Origin: Thermoproteota archaeon
GTDB lineage: Archaea > Korarchaeota > Korarchaeia > B14-G2
Length of the DNA: 29,193 nucleotides
Direction of reading: 5' to 3'
Assembly: GCA_037917675.1 (NCBI GenBank)
Contig: JAVCBW010000015.1
Span: forward strand, 1 to 29,193
In this document: one piece after another, positions 17,584 to 24,798 of the stretch
Numbering within the stretch: position 1 is the stretch's first letter
Layout: each line of letters opens with the position of its first letter
Notes under the pieces: generated by a model
The model's database searches: none
Seen by the model: the letters and a program-made list of their open reading frames with translations, nothing else
What the model was told of the DNA's origin: nothing
Position numbers and translations under genes: made by a program

Positions 17584-17859
17584 CTAGGACACCTCTCTTA
17601 GGTATATTGCGAAGTCTGGGCATATCCTCTCACAGAGGCCACAGCCCACACAGAGCTCTGGGTACTTTACGTAGGGTGGATGATAGCCTCTCTCATTAAA
17701 CTTCTCAGACTTGGCTAGGACACCTCTAGGACAGAACTCTATGCAGTACTCACATTCTTTACACCTATTCTCGATTATCACGACCTCTACTTCTCTTAGC
17801 TTAGTCTCAGCCTTTGGGACTAGTGGTTTCCTAGCTGGCTTAGCTTCTATGAAAGGCAT
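17584..17859 (-). CDS. korD: 2-oxoacid:ferredoxin oxidoreductase delta subunit (2x[4Fe-4S] ferredoxin)
   Basis: CKECEYC..FCP and CVGCGLC..ICPDFAI, N.RGYH.P. Confidence 0.93.
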   Translation of the reverse strand: MPFIEAKPARKPLVPKAETKLREVEVVIIENRCKECEYCIEFCPRGVLAKSEKFNERGYHPPYVKYPELCVGCGLCERICPDFAIYLREVS

Positions 17860-17891
17860 GACATCACTGTCATCTAGGGTCTATAACCTGT

Positions 17892-17906
17892 AATTTAAAG
17901 GTTTTT
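17892..17906 (-). promoter_or_regulatory. BRE-TATA promoter of the kor-hdrA operon
   Basis: Minus strand AAAAACC-TTTAAATT about 33 nt upstream of the korD ATG. Confidence 0.6.
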
Positions 17907-18030
17907 AGTGGAGAGCGGAGGCTAAACAGCTTGAATGTCCTCCTGCTCTGCTTACAGGTTTAGGTTCTCCTGGAGCCCCTTGCAGAATAGGCAAAAAATT
18001 TGATGCTTCAGTTAAGAAAATATCCAAAAA

Positions 18031-18849
18031 ATGTATAAGAGACGTATGTGTGACATGTTGGAGGATACTGTGGAAGCTGCAGCTAGAGGAGGAAAGCTGT
18101 TTGAGGCTCGAGATATACCTCCATCCACAGCTATCGAGCTAGCTCCAGGAGAGAAGCTTATGCTAATGGAGCTCAGGTCACCTGATGGAGAAGGCGTCGT
18201 GTTGGTATCAGCATCTAAGCCTGTCTACGCGATGCTTAGGATGGGGGGAGAGGAGCTCAAGGGGAGTAAAGCTTGGCTCATGGCTTCTTCGCTGAGTGAA
18301 GTTGAGGTAGCAGGCTACGCGTTACCTGAAAGCACGCTATCCACTGTATTCGTTAGAGAGCTTATGCCACCTGTACTAGTAAGTAAACTTGACACGCTAA
18401 GCTTCTATAGTGACCTCCTCAGCATGGAGACAGGGCTGATGGCAGCTTCAGCTGAAATGAAGCTATACTTGTTCGAGAGAAGAGGTAAGAGCACGCCGCC
18501 AATACTAGCATATGGTAGTGGAAAACTCCGTGACTTATGGAAAGGGAGTGTTAAGATAGCTCTCTATGAGGTATCTGACCCAGAGTGCTTCATAACATCA
18601 GAGGAGCTACCTCCACCTGCTAAAGCAGAGCTGCTCAGTCTAGCTAGAGCCGTCCCATACTTTCCAACTCAGAGAGACAGAGACAGAGTTTTATCTGGTG
18701 TTAATGGGCTGACAAGAAGGATACTAGAGCAAGTAGATGGGAAGAGGACATGTTTTGATATTAAGGTGGAGACTAACCTACCCCTTGATGCTGTGACAGA
18801 GATCATAGATTCCTTTAGAAGGATGGGAAATGTGAGGCTGAAATCGTGA
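18031..18849 (+). CDS. Uncharacterised protein: two putative PATAN/DUF4388/DUF2226-like repeats plus C-terminal winged helix
   Basis: Long ORF with host-like codon style; C-terminal IL..VDG.RT..DI..ET.L....V..II....G.V wHTH pattern. True start may be 18055 or 18058. Domain call is by eye. Confidence 0.6.
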   Translation: MYKRRMCDMLEDTVEAAARGGKLFEARDIPPSTAIELAPGEKLMLMELRSPDGEGVVLVSASKPVYAMLRMGGEELKGSKAWLMASSLSEVEVAGYALPESTLSTVFVRELMPPVLVSKLDTLSFYSDLLSMETGLMAASAEMKLYLFERRGKSTPPILAYGSGKLRDLWKGSVKIALYEVSDPECFITSEELPPPAKAELLSLARAVPYFPTQRDRDRVLSGVNGLTRRILEQVDGKRTCFDIKVETNLPLDAVTEIIDSFRRMGNVRLKS

Positions 18850-19133
18850 AGAGGCCCAGTGTAGTGTATGCTCCACTTGGGACGAGGGGATTCGACCCAA
18901 TCAGGACAGATAGATGCTTAGAGTGCGACTCAAGCAACATAGTTGTAGGCAGAAGCAGAAGGTGGAGTGAGGGAAGCAGGGTAGTAGAGGAGATACCAGT
19001 TGAATGTAGGAGCTGTGGAGCAGCATACAGGCTAAGGTACATAGATATCGTCGAGGAAGGAGTTAGGGTAGCTACGATAGTAGACGTGCTTGATCTGAGT
19101 GGCAGAGAGCTAGGGTGGCTTGGAGTATGCTAA
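18846..19133 (+). CDS. Small Zn-ribbon protein (CxxC...CxxC), function unknown
   Basis: CLEC and CRSC pairs; GTGA overlap with the upstream gene and overlap with the downstream start. Confidence 0.75.
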   Translation: MKRPSVVYAPLGTRGFDPIRTDRCLECDSSNIVVGRSRRWSEGSRVVEEIPVECRSCGAAYRLRYIDIVEEGVRVATIVDVLDLSGRELGWLGVC

Positions 19134-20086
19134 GGCAGATCAACTGGAGAAGGCTGCTAGAGGGCATACTGGCTATAGCAGCTGTGGTGGCAGCTCTCAC
19201 AATATACCACTACACTCCAACCAAGGTACATAGTGCTGAGTTCAGTGGGGAAGCAGCATACAGGCATGTATTAGCTCAGTGCTCGATGGGCCCTCGAGTG
19301 CCTGGATCCAAAGGGCATGAGAAATGTGTCAGGTACATCAAAGCTATGCTGGAGCAATATGGGTATGCTGTCAGGCTCCAGAATGGAAGCCACATAGATG
19401 TCAGGGGAAACAAAGTTCCTATAGTGAACATGGAGGTGATCACAGGAAAGCCTGGAGGCAAAATCCTGATCTTAGGTGCACACTATGACACTAGACCTAG
19501 AGCAGATCATGACCCAGACCCATCCAAGGTAAAGCAGCCTATCCCTGGAGCCAACGATGGAGCTAGCGGTGTAGCTGTGCTCCTAGAGCTAGCTAGAGCT
19601 ATCAGAGAATATAGCTTAGAGATAGAGCTGAGGATAGTGTTCTTCGATGCAGAGGACTGGGGTGAGCCAGGAGCTCTCAGAGACTACTTCTTGGGATCTA
19701 AGCTATATGCATCCTCACTAACAGAAGCAGAGCTTGAGAGGACAATTGGTATGATACTAGTGGACATGGTTGGAGACTGTAACCTCACGGTATACATGGA
19801 GGGGCTGTCAGTGGAATCAGCACCTAGGCTCGTAGAGCTAATCTGGCAGATAGCTCAGAAACTAGGGTATGGCAAGTACTTCAAACCTGTAGTTGGGTAT
19901 ACAGTGTATGACGACCACTGGCCTTTCATAAAGCGAGGAGTGAAAGCAGTTAACATCATAGACTTCAAGTACCCATACTGGCATACCACACAAGATACAC
20001 CAGATAAGGTGTGCCCAGAAAGCCTTGAGGTCACTGGGAGAGTTCTACTTGAGGCTGTGCTGAATATCAGCAAGATATATGGGTAG
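19127..20086 (+). CDS. Membrane-anchored M28-family zinc enzyme (peptidase or glutaminyl cyclase-like)
   Basis: N-terminal TM helix; GPRVPGS.GH, GAHYDTR, GANDGASG, FFDAEDWG, DMVG, DDH.PF, WHT..DT. ATG 19127 preferred to GTG 19115. Confidence 0.9.
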   Translation: MLRQINWRRLLEGILAIAAVVAALTIYHYTPTKVHSAEFSGEAAYRHVLAQCSMGPRVPGSKGHEKCVRYIKAMLEQYGYAVRLQNGSHIDVRGNKVPIVNMEVITGKPGGKILILGAHYDTRPRADHDPDPSKVKQPIPGANDGASGVAVLLELARAIREYSLEIELRIVFFDAEDWGEPGALRDYFLGSKLYASSLTEAELERTIGMILVDMVGDCNLTVYMEGLSVESAPRLVELIWQIAQKLGYGKYFKPVVGYTVYDDHWPFIKRGVKAVNIIDFKYPYWHTTQDTPDKVCPESLEVTGRVLLEAVLNISKIYG

Positions 20087-20141
20087 GCCTCAGCTCTCTT
20101 GCGCGGCCATCTATCACCGCAGCTTTGGCCTCATCGGCCTA
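20084..20141 (-). ncRNA. Double-guide C/D-box sRNA (2'-O-methylation guide)
   Basis: Minus strand: UAGGCC GAUGA [GGCCAAAGCUGCG] GUGA UAGAUGG [CCGCGCAAGAGAG] CUGA GGCCUA. This reads as C box, 13-nt guide, D', C', 13-nt guide, perfect D box, with 6-bp terminal complementarity; 58 nt, between convergent genes. Confidence 0.75.
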
Positions 20142-20162
20142 GCTGGCTGAAGACGCTGGTTC

Positions 20163-20888
20163 CTAGCCTTGTTCGATGGACTTAAGCTTATCTGTAGGTA
20201 TAGGCTCATGGGGATGGACGTACATGTCGGCGTTAAGCTGCTTCAGCAGCTTTATCGACTCTAGAGCTGAAACAGGACTATATACTATGCCAGGTATGTT
20301 CTCCCTCTCTAGATTCTCGCTCAGGGGGGCAGCATCACCACAGAACACGATTTGAACACCATCGTCTCTAGTCAGGACAACTGACTGATGACCGGGGGTG
20401 TGGCCTGGTGTCGGTATCACTTCTATGCCTTCAGCAATCTCTCTATAGCCATAGAGAGGCTCTATGCTGGCGTATGGCAGATCAAACTGCTCTCTTATGT
20501 AGCCTCCCTTCATAAACCTGTCTGGATAATATGCATATCTGAGCTCATCCACTTGAACTAGGAATGTAGCGTTTTTGAAGAGCTTGTTGTTCCCACAGTG
20601 GTCGAAGTGTAGATGCGTGTTTATAACGATCGTTATCCTGCCTGGCTCCACACCAATTGACTTCAGCTGAGCTTCAAGAGCATCACCCGGCCTCCTCTCA
20701 ACTGGATAGAACCTCCTATACTTCTCTGGTAGCTCTCCTATCCCTGTATCTATTAGGATACGCTCTCCATCAGTCTCCACATAGAGTATGTTGAAGCAAG
20801 CCCTATATGTGGTGCCCATGTACTTCGTGTATACGAGATAACTCTTGTCTAGCTTGAAGTAGCCGTCTCCGAGAACTCTTATCTTCAT
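20163..20888 (-). CDS. Metallo-beta-lactamase-fold hydrolase, AHL-lactonase (AiiA/AttM)-like family
   Basis: ILIDTG, THLHFDHCG, TPGHTPGHQS, GDA, HPHE. Confidence 0.9.
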   Translation of the reverse strand: MKIRVLGDGYFKLDKSYLVYTKYMGTTYRACFNILYVETDGERILIDTGIGELPEKYRRFYPVERRPGDALEAQLKSIGVEPGRITIVINTHLHFDHCGNNKLFKNATFLVQVDELRYAYYPDRFMKGGYIREQFDLPYASIEPLYGYREIAEGIEVIPTPGHTPGHQSVVLTRDDGVQIVFCGDAAPLSENLERENIPGIVYSPVSALESIKLLKQLNADMYVHPHEPIPTDKLKSIEQG

Positions 20889-20892
20889 GGAC

Positions 20893-21984
20893 CTACCCCT
20901 GGAGGCTGAGTGACTCTAGGATTGCATTTATGTCTATCCTCCTGGAGACGCTTAAGGCTATCCTCCTTATCCTCTCTATGTTGCTTGGATCGAGCTTAAA
21001 GGCTAACTCATCTATACGTCTTGTTGTGGTGAGGGTGTCAAACCTCGAGATCACTACAGGCACATTCCTCTCCTCAGCTTTAGTTAAGACATGCTGGTCA
21101 GGGTAGAAGCCTCCAGTCAGAATGAGACATGACACAGGAGTCTCGAGCGCAGCCAGAAGCAGGTCTGTCCGATCTCCTCCAGTGACAAGAGCGTAGTCTG
21201 TGACTCTCCTCAGGTACCTTATAGCCTTCTCTGCAGTCCATGCCCCAACTAGCAGCTCCTTTACAACCTTATCCATGTGTTCTCGGGCAGCTATCACTTT
21301 AGCATTCAGTATGCTAGCTATCTCCCCAACTGTGAGAGGAGTCAGTTCCCTTAGTAGTGGAATCACCCCCATGACTCTTATCCTCTGCTCTATTAATGGG
21401 AGAACCTCCCATTCAAACTGAGGGATCAGAGCCTCATCTACACCAGTCACGATGCCACCAATCATCTCAACTCCATAGCTGTCAGCTAGGTTTTTGGCTA
21501 GGAGAAGCTTATCTCCAGTGTACTGTGGTTCATAGAGAGCTATCTGGAGAAGCTTCCCGCCAAGCTCTCTACACACATCTAAGATAGATGAGCTAGTAGA
21601 TATCCCGTCAAATATCCTGCTCATCCCCTCAACTATCGTTATGTCAGCTTCCTGGGATGCTAGCTTAGCTGCAGCCTGGATCTTAGCCTTAGCTTCTTCG
21701 CTTAAGCCTTTGAACATGAACTTCAGCATGAGGTCTTCATGGTAGAGGATTGGAGTGAGCTGCTGTGGCTCTAGCGGCAGCTCTAGGACAGCAGCAGCTA
21801 GCTTAGCATCCTCGTCTACTAGGCTGCCATCCTCCATTGTCGTTATGTTCTGGCCTACTGGCTTCAGGTAAGAAACCTTGTAGCCGAGGTCTCTGAGCTT
21901 AAGAGCCAGCGCAAGCGCGACCATGGTCTTCCCTGAGTTCGGTTCACACCCTCCTATACACAGGAACTTATCCAACATACTCAC
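20893..21984 (-). CDS. Phosphotransacetylase N-terminal-like protein (BioD-like P-loop plus DRTGG domain, no catalytic PTA domain)
   Basis: SGKT P-loop, YLKPVG, D.DA, IVEG, VTGGDRTD, LILTGG, DT..T. Confidence 0.9.
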   Translation of the reverse strand: MSMLDKFLCIGGCEPNSGKTMVALALALKLRDLGYKVSYLKPVGQNITTMEDGSLVDEDAKLAAAVLELPLEPQQLTPILYHEDLMLKFMFKGLSEEAKAKIQAAAKLASQEADITIVEGMSRIFDGISTSSSILDVCRELGGKLLQIALYEPQYTGDKLLLAKNLADSYGVEMIGGIVTGVDEALIPQFEWEVLPLIEQRIRVMGVIPLLRELTPLTVGEIASILNAKVIAAREHMDKVVKELLVGAWTAEKAIRYLRRVTDYALVTGGDRTDLLLAALETPVSCLILTGGFYPDQHVLTKAEERNVPVVISRFDTLTTTRRIDELAFKLDPSNIERIRRIALSVSRRIDINAILESLSLQG

Positions 21985-24098
21985 CTCTCAGCAGGATGAA
22001 CAACTGCTCTAGCATCTAGGGTATAGCCTCCCTTCTCATAAACTACTATGGGGTTCAGGTCTAGTTCAACTATCTCAGGTAGCTCGGTCATCATCTGAGA
22101 GACCTTTAATATCGTCTCCTTGATGAAGTCTACATCGACAGGTGGCCTCCCTCTGGCTCCAGCTAGCAGAGGGTAGCCTCTTATCTCCCTTATCATCTCA
22201 TCTACATCCCTAGGTGAGAGGGGAGCTATTCTGAAAGACACGTCTCTTATGACCTCGACGTATATTCCTCCAAGACCGAACATTATGAGCGGGCCGAACT
22301 GAGGGTCTCTTATGCCTCCTACAATAACCTCCAGTCCAGGAGGGACTTGCTGGTGTACAGTTACGCCATAAACCCTGGCCTTGGGCGCATACTTCCGGGC
22401 GTTCATGGTCATAGCTATGTAGGCATTTCTCAACTCTACCTCATCCATTATATCCAGCCTCACACCACCGATGTCTGTCTTATGGAGTATGTCAGGAGAG
22501 TGTATCTTAAGTACAATGGGGTAGCCTATCTCGACTGCAGCTGCGATGGCTTCGCTTAGGCTTCTTGCAACTCTGAACTCAGGGTACATGATGTTATAGG
22601 CTTTGAGTATGGTCTTAGCCTCAGCCTCAGTGAGGTTAGCTCTCTTCTCTGCTAGTGCCTTTTCTATGATGTTTCTTGCAAGCTTGACGTCAGCGTCGAA
22701 CCTTGGCGATGGGGGTGAAGGAGGCTCCTTTAGAGCCTTAGCATATCTCATCATTGCTGATAGTGCTTTGACAGCCCTCTCTGGCTCAGGGTAATTTGGT
22801 ATCCCCCTCTCCCTTACTATTTCGATAGCCTTCTGCATCTCTTCTCCTCCCATGAAGCATGCTAGTATGGGTTTCCTAGCCCCCATCTTAGAAATGAGCT
22901 CAGCAGCCTCCTCGACGTCTAGGAGAGCTGTCGGAAGCATGTTTGCTATCACAGAGCTCACAGATGGGTCTTTGAGCACTATCCTGAGGGCTGTGGTGTA
23001 TCTCTCAGCATCGGTGTCACCTATGACATCAAGTGGGTTCCTGAAGCTAGCATGTGGAGGGAGTATCTTCTCCAGCTCTCTTATTGTTGACTGAGAGAAG
23101 CCTGCTAGTGGGACTCCATTTAGCTCACAGGCGTCAGCTAGCAGCACCCCTGTTCCACCTGCATTAGTGACTATAGCTGCTCCACCCTCTTTGGGTAGTG
23201 GCTGTGTAGCGAAGGCTCTAGCTGCATCGAACATCTCATCGATCCTGCTAAACCTCAAGACTCTGCTCTGCTTGAATGCTGCATCATATGCAGCATCCAT
23301 TCCAGCTATGCTACCTGTGTGGGAGGCAGCTGCCCTTGAGCCTGCCTCTGTCCGCCCTGACTTTATCACGAGAACAGGCTTCTTTCTTATAGCCTCTCTA
23401 GCAGCCTCTATGAACTCTTGGCCCCTGAGTATGTTCTCCAGGTAGAATGCCACTACTCTAGTCTGTGGGTCTTCAGCTAGGTATGTCAGTAAGTCTGTTT
23501 CATCTATGTCACACTTGTTTCCTAGGTTTATGACCTTTGAGAAGCCTATCTTCTCTCTCACAGCCCAGTAGAGGACTGCTATGCATATTGCGCCACTCTG
23601 GGAGACGAACGATATATGTCCTTTAGGGGGGAGAACCCTGCCGAAGGTGGTGTTGACTCTGTTCCATACGTCAATCACACCAAAGCAGTTTGGGCCTAGA
23701 GCTCTCATCCCATATTTCCTGACTATCTCAACTACCTGCTTCTCCAGTCTGACACCTTCTCCACCAGTCTCCTTGAATCCAGCTGATATTATAGTCACAG
23801 TCTTCACACCCTTTTCCCCACAGTCCTCTAGCACAGCTGGAACAGCCTTAGCTGGGATAGCTATCACAGCATTGTCTACTTCACCTGGCACATCTAGTAT
23901 CGAGGGGTAGGCTTTGACTCCAAGTATTTCTGGGGCCTTTGGGTTTACTGGGTAAATCTCGCCCTTATAGCCTATATCGATCAGGTTCCTGACTATAGCG
24001 TGGCCAACTTTACTTGAGTCTCTTGAGGCACCTATGACAGCTATGCTATGTGGGTTGACAAGGTACTCCATCTGTCTCTTGACATCTTCTTCTGGCAA
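21981..24098 (-). CDS. acdAB: ADP-forming acetate/acyl-CoA ligase, fused alpha-beta
   Basis: IAVIGAS, GPNCFG, SQSGA, SHTGS phospho-His motif, TNAGG, NPLD; ATP-grasp beta domain GYPIVLKI.S..I.HKTD.GGV, DPQFGP, ELDLNP; no GNAT domain. Confidence 0.93.
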   Translation of the reverse strand: MPEEDVKRQMEYLVNPHSIAVIGASRDSSKVGHAIVRNLIDIGYKGEIYPVNPKAPEILGVKAYPSILDVPGEVDNAVIAIPAKAVPAVLEDCGEKGVKTVTIISAGFKETGGEGVRLEKQVVEIVRKYGMRALGPNCFGVIDVWNRVNTTFGRVLPPKGHISFVSQSGAICIAVLYWAVREKIGFSKVINLGNKCDIDETDLLTYLAEDPQTRVVAFYLENILRGQEFIEAAREAIRKKPVLVIKSGRTEAGSRAAASHTGSIAGMDAAYDAAFKQSRVLRFSRIDEMFDAARAFATQPLPKEGGAAIVTNAGGTGVLLADACELNGVPLAGFSQSTIRELEKILPPHASFRNPLDVIGDTDAERYTTALRIVLKDPSVSSVIANMLPTALLDVEEAAELISKMGARKPILACFMGGEEMQKAIEIVRERGIPNYPEPERAVKALSAMMRYAKALKEPPSPPSPRFDADVKLARNIIEKALAEKRANLTEAEAKTILKAYNIMYPEFRVARSLSEAIAAAVEIGYPIVLKIHSPDILHKTDIGGVRLDIMDEVELRNAYIAMTMNARKYAPKARVYGVTVHQQVPPGLEVIVGGIRDPQFGPLIMFGLGGIYVEVIRDVSFRIAPLSPRDVDEMIREIRGYPLLAGARGRPPVDVDFIKETILKVSQMMTELPEIVELDLNPIVVYEKGGYTLDARAVVHPAER

Positions 24099-24128
24099 GC
24101 CTGAGGGCCCCAGCTACCTTCTCAGCTG

Positions 24129-24139
24129 AATTTTAATAA
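24129..24139. promoter_or_regulatory. AT tract, probable shared TATA for the divergent acd and isf-like genes
   Basis: AATTTTAATAA, about 31 nt from the acd TTG and about 27 nt from TTG 24166. Confidence 0.5.
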
Positions 24140-24165
24140 GGTTGGCTTATGGCCCTGGGAGCTGC

Positions 24166-24798
24166 TTGAGCTATGGTAGGGTGCTTATAGCTGGGATATC
24201 AGGGTCACCTAGGCCTGGTAAGAATACTGAGGCTCTACTTAAGGAGAGCTTGAGAGCTGCTGAAGAGGAGGGAGTTGAGTCCACCTTGATTAGGCTATCA
24301 GACTACAGGATAGAGCCCTGCACAGGCTGTGGAGTATGCCTGAGGAGGAGCCCTTGCCCTCTTGACGAGAACGATGACATGCCAGAGCTAGCGGAAGCTA
24401 TCCTGGAGCCACAGGGGCTAATATTGTGTGCTCCAGTCTACTGGGGGTCTGTGCCAGGGATCCTCAAGAATTTCATGGATAGAACTAGGCCTCTGAAGAT
24501 GCTGGGGAACAAGCTTGCGAACAAGGTTCTGGCTGCAATGGCTGTTGCAGGGCTCAGGTGTGGTGGAGGAGAGTTTGCCGTAGACTTGATGATGAGGTTT
24601 GGGCTAGCTCACGGCATGATAGTGGTGGGGGGCTTAGGAGACCCCACTAGCACACCTTGCATTGTTGTTTCAAGCCTCCAGTGGGATAGAGGCTGGAGGA
24701 AGGCGACAGACGACAATCTGGCCATGAGGTGGGCTAGGGAGCTTGGAGCTAGAGTTGCTCGCGTCACTAAGGCTCTCGCCTCCTCTGGGCTCCTCTAA
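24166..24798 (+). CDS. Iron-sulfur flavoprotein (Isf)/NADPH-dependent FMN reductase family
   Basis: GISGSPR..GKNT, CTGCGVC.....C..DDM, APVYWG, KNFMDR. Start placed at TTG 24166 (24142 lies too near the AT box). Confidence 0.9.
   Translation: MSYGRVLIAGISGSPRPGKNTEALLKESLRAAEEEGVESTLIRLSDYRIEPCTGCGVCLRRSPCPLDENDDMPELAEAILEPQGLILCAPVYWGSVPGILKNFMDRTRPLKMLGNKLANKVLAAMAVAGLRCGGGEFAVDLMMRFGLAHGMIVVGGLGDPTSTPCIVVSSLQWDRGWRKATDDNLAMRWARELGARVARVTKALASSGLL

Noticed and set aside
17584-17586. Pyrrolysine decoding of the korD TAG
   Set aside because: TAG is the ordinary stop of many genes here, no pyl genes are in the window, and a well-placed SD supports independent initiation
20163-20888. Quorum-quenching function for the AHL-lactonase-like protein
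   Set aside because: The fold family is broad and substrate cannot be read from motifs; the metabolic context suggests another role
21981-24098. Protein lysine acetyltransferase (Pat/YfiQ)
   Set aside because: No GNAT domain, and the phosphorylated His motif SHTG is intact
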